From Desulfuromonadales bacterium (lineage in GTDB: Bacteria > Desulfobacterota > Desulfuromonadia > Desulfuromonadales > JAWOCM01), in NCBI GenBank assembly GCA_046483795.1, contig JAWOCM010000069.1, positions 1,922 to 65,921 of the forward strand: a DNA stretch of 64,000 nucleotides. The letters run 5' to 3'. Shown here in pieces: positions 38,929 through 47,954 of this stretch. The notes under the pieces are model-generated. The model worked only from the letters and a program-made list of their open reading frames with translations. It searched no databases and was not told the origin of the DNA. Each line of letters begins with the position of its first letter. The stretch's first letter is position 1. A program made the position numbers and the translations under genes.

Positions 38929-39162
38929 TCAGGTTCTTGACGAAGTTCCCTCAGTCAAGAATTTCAGGGCCAGCAACACAAGCGGCAAGGAATGGAAAAG
39001 TAGATCGAATATATCGATCCCCCTCGTCAGGCGCCCATCCAGCAGCATGCGAATTTTTTCCGTCAGATGAGGTTCGGGGCTGAAGGGCGCCAGGCCGAGC
39101 AGCAGAGCCGCCACCGCAAGCTGCGGATAACTCAAGTGCTTGAGAAGTGGCAAAGGTTTCAA
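38929..39162 (-). CDS. Small hypothetical membrane protein (77 aa)
   Basis: Two predicted hydrophobic helices (LAVAALLLGLAPF; LLFHSLPLVLLAL). No family was recognised. Confidence 0.4.
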   Translation of the reverse strand: MKPLPLLKHLSYPQLAVAALLLGLAPFSPEPHLTEKIRMLLDGRLTRGIDIFDLLFHSLPLVLLALKFLTEGTSSRT

Positions 39163-39187
39163 TGATTTCTCCAGGAGCCGCGTTGCC

Positions 39188-40579
39188 TTATCCGACCTCG
39201 TTGTATTCCCTCACCCGGAACTCCACACCCAGCTCATCTGCGACCTGCCGGCAGGCCCCGATGTCGATGCCCGGAAGGGTGACCGCGCTGGCGGTGACTT
39301 CCGGGATATGCTCGGTGGCCGACCGCAGGAAGTCCTTCACGGCATCATAAGCTCGATTGCCGAACTGGGAGCGACATATCTCCTGATAGGTTTCCGAATC
39401 GGGAGCATTGAGTGAAACCGATATCGCATCGACCAGACCGGCCAGCTCGGGCAATACATTGCGTCCGTGAACCAGATTGGCCTGCCCGTCGGTGTTGATG
39501 CGTACCCGACAGCCTTTCTGCTTCACCCATTCGGCGACCTCTTTGACGACTTCGAGCCTGAGAAGAGGTTCGCCGTAACCGCAAAATACGATTTCCTCGT
39601 AGGATGCAGGGTCTCCGATAGCTCGTTTGATCTCCCCGACGGAAGGTTCCTTCTCGAGCTTGAGATGGTGCCCTTTCACCACGAAATCCTCAAATTTTGC
39701 GCAGAATGTGCAGGCGTTGGTGCAGCGGTTGGTGATGTTCAGATACAGCGCGTTGCGGATGCGGTATGCGATCCGGCTGCTCTGATCGACCTCACCGATG
39801 CCGAAAAGGTCGTACGCGTTCAGGTTGGTGATGCGTGAGATGTCCTCGATAGAAAGACCCTTGATTTCGGCCAGCTTTTGGGCCGTGTGACGGACATGGG
39901 CCGGTTCGTTGCGTTTGCCCCGGTATTGCTGCGGAGAGAGGTAGGGACAGTCGGTTTCGACCAGCACATGCTCGGCCGGAATGACCTGTGCCACATTGCG
40001 AAGGGTGTCGTTTTTAGGATAAGTCAGCGGGCCGGCAAAGGAGATATGCAGTCCCAGGTCTATGCAGGCCCGCGCCAGTTCGACATCACCGCTGAAGCAG
40101 TGCATCACGCCCCCGATTTCGCCGGCATTCTCCTCCCGCAGGATCTGCAGAGTTTCATCGTGCGCATCGCGGTCGTGGACGATGATCGGCAGGCTCACCT
40201 CCCTGGCCAGACGGATCTGCTGACGGAAAGCCTGGCGCTGCTTGTTGCGGGGACTGCGGTCCCGGTAGAAGTCGAGGCCTATTTCCCCGATTGCAACGAC
40301 CTTGTCCTCGGCGGCGAGCCGTTTCAACTCATCGAGGATCTGAGGAGTCACGGATTCGGCATCATGGGGATGGATGCCGACCGCCGCGTAGATCATGCTG
40401 TCTGTCATGGACAGGGCCACGCTTTCGCGCGAACTCTCCATGTCACACCCGATGGTCAGGATATGGCTGATGCCCGATTGCAGGGCGCGCCCGATGATCT
40501 CCCGGCGGTCGGAATCGTATTGCCCGCTGTCGAGGTGGGCGTGGGTGTCGATCAGGGGGGGCATGGAAGCGTTGCTCAT
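39188..40579 (-). CDS. Fusion protein: TatD-family metal-dependent hydrolase (N) plus TatD-associated radical SAM domain (C)
   Basis: N-terminal part: LIDTHAHLD...AVGIHPHDA...GEIGLDFY...IVHDRDAH...HCFSG...ETDCPYL. C-terminal part: LNITNRCTNACTFCAKF (CxxxCxxC)...FCGYGEPL. One uninterrupted ORF; start probably the ATG at 40579. Confidence 0.85.
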   Translation of the reverse strand: MSNASMPPLIDTHAHLDSGQYDSDRREIIGRALQSGISHILTIGCDMESSRESVALSMTDSMIYAAVGIHPHDAESVTPQILDELKRLAAEDKVVAIGEIGLDFYRDRSPRNKQRQAFRQQIRLAREVSLPIIVHDRDAHDETLQILREENAGEIGGVMHCFSGDVELARACIDLGLHISFAGPLTYPKNDTLRNVAQVIPAEHVLVETDCPYLSPQQYRGKRNEPAHVRHTAQKLAEIKGLSIEDISRITNLNAYDLFGIGEVDQSSRIAYRIRNALYLNITNRCTNACTFCAKFEDFVVKGHHLKLEKEPSVGEIKRAIGDPASYEEIVFCGYGEPLLRLEVVKEVAEWVKQKGCRVRINTDGQANLVHGRNVLPELAGLVDAISVSLNAPDSETYQEICRSQFGNRAYDAVKDFLRSATEHIPEVTASAVTLPGIDIGACRQVADELGVEFRVREYNEVG

Positions 40580-40651
40580 CGTTGCTCCAAAGTAAAAATA
40601 GCGTGACAAGTAACGAGTGACGTCGGGTTTACACGTCACACGACACCGTCT

Positions 40652-42184
40652 TTATTCCGGCGCGATCCGGGGAAAAAGCGGTGGTGCTTTCTCGACCCTG
40701 GTGCCCGGCTCCAGTACGCCCCAGTCGATTCCCTTTGCCAGGGGGCGTTCGATGCTTTCCACAGCCAGGGTTTTAAGAATGCTCTTTCCGCTGTGGGGCA
40801 TGAAGGGGGTGATGAGCAGGGCGATGACCCTCAGCCCTTCGATCAGGTTGTACATGATCGTTCCCAGACGCTCCTTCTGGCTTTCGTCCTTGGCCAGGGT
40901 CCAGGGCGCGGTCTCGTCGATATACTTGTTGGCGGCGCTGATCAGTTCCCAGACCGATTGCAGGGCCTTGTTGAAGGCCAGATCGTCCATGTGCGCATCA
41001 AAGGCGTTGAACGCCAGCTTGAATCGCAGCGTGAATTTCTCGTCGAGCTCGTTCTCTTCCGCCGGTGCAGGGAGCACGCCCTGGAAGTACTTTCCGAGCA
41101 TCGCCGTCGAGCGGCTGAGCAGGTTTCCGAGATCGTTGGCAAGATCGGAGTTGATGCGATTGATCAGCGCCGAATGGGAAAAGTCGCCGTCGAGGCCGAA
41201 GGGGACTTCCCGCAAGAGGAAGTAACGAATGGCATCGACCCCGTATTTCTCGACCAGCATGTTCGGCTCGACGACATTGCGAAGGCTCTTGCTCATTTTC
41301 TGGCCTTCGACAGTCCACCAGCCGTGCGCGAAGATCTTCTTCGGCAGGGGAAGTCCGGCCGCCATCAGGAAGGTCGGCCAGTATACGGTGTGGAACCGCA
41401 GAATGTCCTTGCCGATCACGTGCGCATCTGCCGGCCAGAACTTGGCGACATTTCCGTCGGGATCATCCGGGTAACCCAGAGCGGTGATGTAGTTGGTCAG
41501 GGCATCGAACCACACATAAATGACGTGTTTTTCATCTCCCGGCACCGGAATGCCCCAGGAGAACGTCGTGCGCGAAATGGAGAGGTCGCGAAGGCCCTCC
41601 CTGACGAAGCTGAGAATTTCGTTGCGGCGACTGCGGGGCTGAATGAAGTCCGGATTTTCCTCGATGTGCCTGGCCAGCTGCTCCTGGTATTTGCTCATGC
41701 GGAAGAAGTAGGAGGACTCCTTGAGTTTGTCCGTCGGTCGGCCGCAGTCGGGGCAGGTCCCGTCGATCAGGTTGGTCTCAGTCCAGAAGGTTTCACAGGG
41801 AGTGCAGTACCAGTCCTCGTATTCTCCCAGGTAGATATCGCCCTTCGCCTGAATCTTGCGGAAAAGATCATGAACTCCCTTGAGATGCCTCTCCTGGCTG
41901 GTGCGGATAAAGTCGTCATGGGATATCTCCAGTTTGTCCCACAGGGACTGAAACCGCTTGACCACACGGTCAGCCAGTTCAAGAGGGGTTTCTCCCTGTG
42001 CTTGCGCGGCCTTCTCGACTTTCTGACCGTGCTCGTCCGTCCCGGTAAGGAAGAAGACATCGAAGCCGCGAGAGCGCTTGTAGCGTGCCAGAACGTCGCA
42101 GGCCAGCGTGGTATAGGCGTGGCCGATGTGAGGGACATCGTTGACGTAATAAATAGGGGTCGTGACGTAGAAGCTTTCGCTCAT
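40652..42184 (-). CDS. metG: Methionine-tRNA ligase (short form)
   Basis: FYVTTPIYYVNDVPHIGHAYT...CPDCG...KMSKSLRN. Confidence 0.95.
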   Translation of the reverse strand: MSESFYVTTPIYYVNDVPHIGHAYTTLACDVLARYKRSRGFDVFFLTGTDEHGQKVEKAAQAQGETPLELADRVVKRFQSLWDKLEISHDDFIRTSQERHLKGVHDLFRKIQAKGDIYLGEYEDWYCTPCETFWTETNLIDGTCPDCGRPTDKLKESSYFFRMSKYQEQLARHIEENPDFIQPRSRRNEILSFVREGLRDLSISRTTFSWGIPVPGDEKHVIYVWFDALTNYITALGYPDDPDGNVAKFWPADAHVIGKDILRFHTVYWPTFLMAAGLPLPKKIFAHGWWTVEGQKMSKSLRNVVEPNMLVEKYGVDAIRYFLLREVPFGLDGDFSHSALINRINSDLANDLGNLLSRSTAMLGKYFQGVLPAPAEENELDEKFTLRFKLAFNAFDAHMDDLAFNKALQSVWELISAANKYIDETAPWTLAKDESQKERLGTIMYNLIEGLRVIALLITPFMPHSGKSILKTLAVESIERPLAKGIDWGVLEPGTRVEKAPPLFPRIAPE

Positions 42185-42243
42185 GCTTCTCTCCTGTACG
42201 TGAAAGTCAGTGTGGTCGTAGCAATCAAAAACGCGGTGATCGA

Positions 42244-43299
42244 TTATTTTGAGGGAGAACGATCCGGGGGGGCACTTTGTTCCCCTCCCTTTCTACGGGG
42301 TTTTCTCCTGCGTCGACGGCGTTTTTTCTTCTCCGGTTTTTCCTCCTGCTTCACCTCCGGTTTACCGGTCGGGGCAGGGGCTTTTGTCTTTTCGTCGCTT
42401 TCTTCAGCAGGTCGGCCCTGTTTCTTCTGCTCCCTGCGAGGAGGGGCACTCGGCCGGGATTTCTTCTCTTCCTTTTCAGCCTCCCGGATTGGCGGCGCCT
42501 CTGCGTGCTCCCTGATTTCCTCAAGGGTCAGCTCGACGATCGAATTATCTGCTGTTCGAACCCGGACCGTCTGGTTGAGTACATTCTGTTTGATGACTTC
42601 AGCCTCTTTGCCCGCGTAGCGGATTTTTTTTCCGCTTTTAGGAAGCGCTTTCTTCAGGGAGCAGTAGGTTTCGAATTCATATCCCAGGCAGCACAGAAGG
42701 CGTCCGCACTGACCGGAAATTTTACTCGGATTCAATGCCAGACCCTGCTCCTTGGCCATTTTGACCGAGACGGGCTGAAAATCACGCAAAAAAGTGCAGC
42801 AACAGAGCTCGCGACCGCAAATGCCTATGCCACCGGTGATCTTGGCCTCGTCGCGAACCCCGATCTGCCGCATTTCAATACGGGTATGGAAGTGCTGGGC
42901 CAGGTCCTTGACCAGATCCCTGAAATCGATGCGGCCGTCAGCGGTGAAATAGAAAACGATCTTGGAACCGTCGAAAACATATTCGGCACGGACCAGTTTC
43001 ATCTCCATTTTGCGTTCCTGAATACGCTGCATGCAGTAGCGGTAAGCCGCTTCCTCGCGCTCGAGGAATTTGTCTGCCGCATCCAGATCTTTTTCAGTGG
43101 CCTTGCGCTGGACACCCTTGAGTGAATTGGGCAGTTGTTTTTTGGGGACCTCCCGCGGAGCAATGACGACGGTCCCCAGCGTGCGTCCGCGGTCGGTTTC
43201 CACAACCACAGCGTCTCCGGTTTCCAGTTCAAGATCCCCCGCATGAAAATCGTAAAGCTTTCCTGCCGTGCGGAATTTTATCGAGACGATACGTATCAT
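42244..43299 (-). CDS. PSP1 domain protein (RicT/YaaT-like) with long Lys/Arg/Glu-rich C-terminal tail
   Basis: IVSIKFRTAGKLYDFHAGDLELETGDAVVVETDRG...CGRELCCCTFL...CGRLLCCLGYE. The tail is ...KPEKKKRRRRRRKPRRKGG. Confidence 0.85.
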   Translation of the reverse strand: MIRIVSIKFRTAGKLYDFHAGDLELETGDAVVVETDRGRTLGTVVIAPREVPKKQLPNSLKGVQRKATEKDLDAADKFLEREEAAYRYCMQRIQERKMEMKLVRAEYVFDGSKIVFYFTADGRIDFRDLVKDLAQHFHTRIEMRQIGVRDEAKITGGIGICGRELCCCTFLRDFQPVSVKMAKEQGLALNPSKISGQCGRLLCCLGYEFETYCSLKKALPKSGKKIRYAGKEAEVIKQNVLNQTVRVRTADNSIVELTLEEIREHAEAPPIREAEKEEKKSRPSAPPRREQKKQGRPAEESDEKTKAPAPTGKPEVKQEEKPEKKKRRRRRRKPRRKGGEQSAPPDRSPSK

Positions 43300-43354
43300 A
43301 TGTATTCCTGTGAGTGTATGCCTTACTCCTCACACCTCACCGATTAAAGATTTA

Positions 43355-44323
43355 TCAAGCCGCCAGGCGCATGAGAAGAACTTCCACGGCCAGCTGTCGG
43401 TTGACGTTGCGATCGAGCTGACGCCGGCAGTGGGCTATGGCGTCGAGTTTGTCCATCAGCGACCGGATCGTTTCCCGGCCGGCGACCCTGGAGATTTTTT
43501 CCTGCAGGTCGATATTGACAAGCTCTTTCACCGGTCGGCCATGATGGTGGAGCAGAAGATCGCGAAAGAAAGCCTGGTATATTTCCAGGATGTCCGGGAT
43601 ATGGTCCTTGTCGGCGGACAATTCCTCGGCCATTTCGAATATCGGCAGAATGCTGCCGCTTGAAAGCGCCGTCAGGGATTTAAGCAGCGGGCGGCGTCGC
43701 TCAAGATAAAGCTCCCTGTCCTTGCCGAGGGCCTTTTTGAAACTGCCGTCCGACAGGGCACCGAGAAGGTGGGCCTCCTCTTCGCTGAGCCCCAGCCGAT
43801 CCTCAAGCGTGCTGCGCAGAATCTGCGACGGGATCCGGCCGAACGGCAGGCTCTGGCACCGCGAGCGTATTGTCGGCAGAATCCTCTCGTTCTGTGCGCT
43901 CAAAAGAATAAACAGGGCATTGCCGTTCGGTTCTTCCAGCGTTTTGAGCAGGGCGTTCCCCCCCGCCGGATTCAGTCGATCGGCTCCGTCGATGAGGCAG
44001 ACCTTCCGGGGAGCTTCCAGCGGATGGAAGGCCAGTTCTCGCTGCAGAGCCCGGACCTGCTCGATCTTGATATAGGCTCCATCCGCTTCGAGCAGATGCA
44101 GGTCGGGATGGTTCTGATGGTCGATCTTGCGACAGGCGGTGCAGTTCCCGCAGCCTGTTCCTTCCAGACAGAAGAGCCCTCGCACCAGTGCCAGGGCCAT
44201 AAGGCGTTTGCCGACGCCTTCAGGTCCGTGGAAAAGGTAGGCATGAGCCAGCCGTCTCGATCCCAGGGCGCGTCTCAGGATGTCTTTCTGCTGGTCGTGC
44301 CCAAGAATCTGGGAAAAGGTCAT
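43355..44323 (-). CDS. holB: DNA polymerase III subunit delta'
   Basis: HAYLFHGPEGVGKRLMALAL...CGNCTACRK...HPDLH...LKTLEEP. Confidence 0.9.
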   Translation of the reverse strand: MTFSQILGHDQQKDILRRALGSRRLAHAYLFHGPEGVGKRLMALALVRGLFCLEGTGCGNCTACRKIDHQNHPDLHLLEADGAYIKIEQVRALQRELAFHPLEAPRKVCLIDGADRLNPAGGNALLKTLEEPNGNALFILLSAQNERILPTIRSRCQSLPFGRIPSQILRSTLEDRLGLSEEEAHLLGALSDGSFKKALGKDRELYLERRRPLLKSLTALSSGSILPIFEMAEELSADKDHIPDILEIYQAFFRDLLLHHHGRPVKELVNIDLQEKISRVAGRETIRSLMDKLDAIAHCRRQLDRNVNRQLAVEVLLMRLAA

Positions 44324-44964
44324 GGTTTTTCCCCTGTGCCGAGACAGCGATTGACAATGCGATCAATTCTCGCCGACACTTCGGCGGTGTCGCCCCGGGC
44401 GTCAACAACAAAAAATTGATTTTCGTCTTCCACCAGCTTCAGATACCCCTGCCGGACACGTTCATGAAATCGCAGAGATTCCTGCTCGAAGCGGCCCTCT
44501 CTCATGTCATGCCGGTCATTGCGTTCGATGGCCCGCCGGAGCCCTTCTTCGACAGGCATGTCGAGCAGAATGGTCAGGTCGGGGGTCAGTCCCTTGACAG
44601 CCACACTGTTGAGCGTGTCGATCAACTCCCGATCCAGGCCCCGCCCCTCGCCCTGATAGGCGATGGTGGCGGCGGAGAAGCGATCGCACAGAACGATCTT
44701 TCCGGCGGCAAGGGCGGGCCGGATGACCTCCTCGACATGCTGGGCCCGGGCCGCCGCGTAGAGGAGCAGCTCGGCCCGCGGCGACATCGCTTTGTGGTCG
44801 GGGTTGAGCAGAACGGCCCGGATGGCGTCGGCGATAGGGCACCCGCCGGGTTCCCGGGTTGTCAGTACCGGCACGCCCCTGTTTTGCAGCCGTTGGGCAA
44901 GAAGGTGAATCTGGGTCGTTTTCCCGGACCCTTCGATGCCTTCGAATGTGATAAAAGCAGACAT
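44320..44964 (-). CDS. tmk: dTMP (thymidylate) kinase
   Basis: FITFEGIEGSGKTTQ...TREPGG...DRF. Overlaps holB by 4 nt. The start is 44964 or 44973. Confidence 0.9.
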   Translation of the reverse strand: MSAFITFEGIEGSGKTTQIHLLAQRLQNRGVPVLTTREPGGCPIADAIRAVLLNPDHKAMSPRAELLLYAAARAQHVEEVIRPALAAGKIVLCDRFSAATIAYQGEGRGLDRELIDTLNSVAVKGLTPDLTILLDMPVEEGLRRAIERNDRHDMREGRFEQESLRFHERVRQGYLKLVEDENQFFVVDARGDTAEVSARIDRIVNRCLGTGEKP

Positions 44965-45130
44965 AAATACCAATCTAGTCAGTAAATCAAGCCATTATAG
45001 AAACCCCCATACCTTTTATCAAGGGAAAATCCCATGCGGGACAGCACAGTTGATTGAAATGAACCGTGGAGTTCTGTATAATCACCTCCGGAAGCAGACA
45101 GAGCATTTTACTTTTCTTTAGAGACCTGCA

Positions 45131-45832
45131 ATGACGAGCCCGGAAAATCATCCGCTACCCGATCTCGAGCGACGAATCGGCTATCATTTTGCGGATCCGG
45201 CTATTTTGCTGCAGGCTGTCACCCATAAGTCCCGCAGCAACGAGAAAGCCGGAGCGATGCTGCATAACGAGCGGCTGGAATTTCTCGGCGATGCCGTACT
45301 GGACCTGGTTGTCAGTCAGGATCTTTTCACCCGCTATCCGCAGCTCCCCGAAGGGGAACTGACCAGAATCCGGGCCGAGGCCGTCAGCGAAAAAAGTCTT
45401 GCCTCCCTGGCCAGAGACCTGCATCTCGGCCCCCTGCTGCGCCTGGGCCGCGGCGAATTTCTCAGCGGCGGTGCCGACAAGGACAGCCTGCTGGCTGATG
45501 CGCTGGAGGCCGTCCTGGGGGCTGTATTTCAGGACGGAGGGTACGATCAGGTCCGACAGGTTGTTGAGCCGCTCTTCCGCGAAATCCTCGATCGGTCGGT
45601 CAAACAAGAAACAGGCAGCGATTACAAGACAAGACTTCAGGAGCTGTTTCAGTCCCGATACGGTCACCCCCCTGAATATGTCCTGTCTCGCATCGAGGGA
45701 CCGGATCACCATCGCATTTATACGGTGGATGTTGTTTTCGAGGGGCAATCGATCGGCAGCGGCATGTCAGGCACGAAAAAAGGTGCCGAACAGGCGGCTG
45801 CCGGCGAGGCCCTGCGGCGGCAGGAGGGATGA
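45131..45832 (+). CDS. rnc: Ribonuclease III
   Basis: NERLEFLGDAVLDLVVS...DALEAVLGAVFQDGG, plus a C-terminal dsRBD. Confidence 0.95.
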   Translation: MTSPENHPLPDLERRIGYHFADPAILLQAVTHKSRSNEKAGAMLHNERLEFLGDAVLDLVVSQDLFTRYPQLPEGELTRIRAEAVSEKSLASLARDLHLGPLLRLGRGEFLSGGADKDSLLADALEAVLGAVFQDGGYDQVRQVVEPLFREILDRSVKQETGSDYKTRLQELFQSRYGHPPEYVLSRIEGPDHHRIYTVDVVFEGQSIGSGMSGTKKGAEQAAAGEALRRQEG

Positions 45833-46848
45833 CGCGGGTGCGGATATATCCCTTTTTCATCCCCCATGCCGGCTGCCCTCATAGATGTGTCTTCTGCGAT
45901 CAGGCTCGAACAACCGGACGGGATACCGGACCTGATCCCTCCGATGTGGCCGAGGAACTCGATGCAATGTGCTGCGCAGGAGGAAGAGAAGGGGAGGTCG
46001 CTTTTTACGGGGGATCTTTTACGCTTCTCGATCACAGTTTGCAGTCCGCCTTTCTCGAAGCGGTCCGACCCTTTCTCGAATGCGGAAGAATTTCGGGGAT
46101 TCGCCTGTCCACGCGACCCGACGCTCTCGACGCCGAATCTGTCGCCTTTCTTGTTCGATACGATGTGACAACCGTCGAGATCGGCTGCCAGTCGTTCGAT
46201 GCGGGTGTTCTAGACCGCAGCGGGCGCGGCCATGACAGCCATGTTGCGGCTGAAGCGGTTCGGAGACTGCGAGAGGCCGGCCTGATGGTCGGATTGCAAC
46301 TGATGCCGGGGCTTCCGGGCGCCGATCGTGAAGAGGCGATTGCTTCTCTGGATCAGGCCATCGCTCTTGGCGCCGATTTTCTGAGGATATACCCGACGGT
46401 GGTCTTTGAGGGAACCGTTCTGGCGAAGCTTTATCGCAGGGGGGATTACCGTCCCTGGTCGCTGGATGAAGCCGTCGCGGTGTGTGCTGAAATGTGGCGT
46501 CGCTGCAGTCGGGAAGGCATGCCTGTTATCCGCATGGGACTGCAGAACAGTCCGGAACTTGCAAAGGGGCGGACGATTCTGGCAGGTCCATGGCACCCGG
46601 CTTTCGGCCAACTTGTTCGTTCCCGCATCTGGCTTGATCGCCTGAAGACCGTTGTGAGTCGGACCTCAGGCGGCTGTCTGGAGGTTCATCCCGCGGATAT
46701 GTCAGACGTTTTGGGGCACAAGCGGGAAAACATGACAACTCTCCAGCGGGAGACCGGGTCGTTGGTGATCCGGTCCTCGGCGGAAATTCCCCGGGGACAG
46801 GCGCGGTGGCAGGGACAAATGCTGCCGTCGTTCGACTGCACGGGCTGA
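45829..46848 (+). CDS. Radical SAM protein (ELP3-like radical SAM domain family)
   Basis: IYPFFIPHAGCPHRCVFCDQ is the cluster motif. The ATG overlaps the rnc stop. Confidence 0.8.
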   Translation: MTRVRIYPFFIPHAGCPHRCVFCDQARTTGRDTGPDPSDVAEELDAMCCAGGREGEVAFYGGSFTLLDHSLQSAFLEAVRPFLECGRISGIRLSTRPDALDAESVAFLVRYDVTTVEIGCQSFDAGVLDRSGRGHDSHVAAEAVRRLREAGLMVGLQLMPGLPGADREEAIASLDQAIALGADFLRIYPTVVFEGTVLAKLYRRGDYRPWSLDEAVAVCAEMWRRCSREGMPVIRMGLQNSPELAKGRTILAGPWHPAFGQLVRSRIWLDRLKTVVSRTSGGCLEVHPADMSDVLGHKRENMTTLQRETGSLVIRSSAEIPRGQARWQGQMLPSFDCTG

Positions 46849-46863
46849 AGGAGTTCAACTCAA

Positions 46864-47766
46864 TTGTCTGAAGAGAAGATACATTTCAAGTCCGGTTTCG
46901 TGGCGATTATCGGCCGGCCCAATGTCGGAAAGTCCACCCTGCTCAACAGGATTCTGGGACAAAAGGTTGCCATAACATCCAACAAACCTCAGACGACCCG
47001 CAACCGGATCCTCGGGATCCACAACCTTCCGGATGGCCAGATTCTGTTTCTCGACACTCCGGGCATACACAAGGCCAAGGGGCCGTTCAATAAATACATG
47101 GTCGACCAGGCCCTGTCCAGCTGCAGCGAGGTCGACGCGATCCTGCTTTTGGTCGAGGCCAACGATCGACCGGGCGGCGGCGACGAATACGTACTGAAAT
47201 TGATCGAACGCAGCAAGGCCCCGATTCTTCTGGTGATCAACAAGTGCGATCTGGTGCCCCGTCCGGAACTGCTTCCCCTGATCCAGTCCTGGGCCGAGCG
47301 TTTCCCCTTTCAGGGGATCATTCCTGTTTCGGCGACAAAAGGTGAAGGAGTGGACGATCTAGTCGAGACGATCGGTGGACTTCTGCCCGAAGGCCCGCAA
47401 TATTATTCCGGCGATATGATCACCGACCAGCCTGAACGATTTATCGTCGCAGAGATGATCCGCGAACAGGTTTTTCGACGGACACGGCAGGAGGTTCCTT
47501 ACGGAGTCGGGGTCCAGGTTGAGAGCTTCGAAGAAAAGCCGGAGAAGAACCTGGTCGTCATCAATGCCGTGGTCCAGGTCGAGCGCGAAGCCCATAAGTC
47601 GATTATTCTGGGCAAGCGCGGATCCATGATTCGGACTGTTGGCCAGGCCGCACGCAAGGAAATCGAGAGAATGCTTGGAACAAGGGTCTTCCTGGAGATC
47701 TTTGTCCGGGTCGAGCCGAACTGGACCTCTTCGGCCCGCGGCCTGAGAGAGATGGGCTACGAGTAG
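46864..47766 (+). CDS. era: GTPase Era
   Basis: SGFVAIIGRPNVGKSTLLN...DTPG...NKCD, plus a C-terminal KH domain. TTG start. Confidence 0.95.
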   Translation: MSEEKIHFKSGFVAIIGRPNVGKSTLLNRILGQKVAITSNKPQTTRNRILGIHNLPDGQILFLDTPGIHKAKGPFNKYMVDQALSSCSEVDAILLLVEANDRPGGGDEYVLKLIERSKAPILLVINKCDLVPRPELLPLIQSWAERFPFQGIIPVSATKGEGVDDLVETIGGLLPEGPQYYSGDMITDQPERFIVAEMIREQVFRRTRQEVPYGVGVQVESFEEKPEKNLVVINAVVQVEREAHKSIILGKRGSMIRTVGQAARKEIERMLGTRVFLEIFVRVEPNWTSSARGLREMGYE

Positions 47767-47784
47767 GGGGAAGGCAAAAGCGTT

Positions 47785-47882
47785 TAACGCAAAGGCGCAA
47801 AGAAGAGTCAGGTCAAGCCGCTATGAAAAAGCTTCTTGAATTTCTTTGCGGCTTGATTTTCAACCTCTGCGCCATTGCGTTA
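47785..47882. repeat. Nested imperfect inverted repeat in the era-der spacer
   Basis: The outer arms taacgcaaaggcgcaaag (47785-47802) and ctctgcgccattgcgtta (47865-47882) pair at 16 of 18 positions. The inner arms tcaagccgc (47813-47821) and gcggcttga (47849-47857) pair at 9 of 9. Confidence 0.7.
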
Positions 47883-47912
47883 GTCCCCGGATTCCGTTTT
47901 TTTCAATACTGA
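47823..47912 (+). CDS. Possible 29-codon hydrophobic mini-ORF (MKKLLEFLCGLIFNLCAIALVPGFRFFQY)
   Basis: Read directly from the sequence. There is no strong ribosome-binding site, and coding status is unproven. Confidence 0.15.
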   Translation: MKKLLEFLCGLIFNLCAIALVPGFRFFQY

Positions 47913-47954
47913 TGCGGCAGGCCGCATCAGTGCATCATAAAGGTAGATAAATCA

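Noticed and set aside
40793-42619. 608-aa plus-strand ORF
   Set aside because: It is antisense to metG and the PSP1 gene, both of which have strong family signatures. There are no motifs and the composition is low-complexity.
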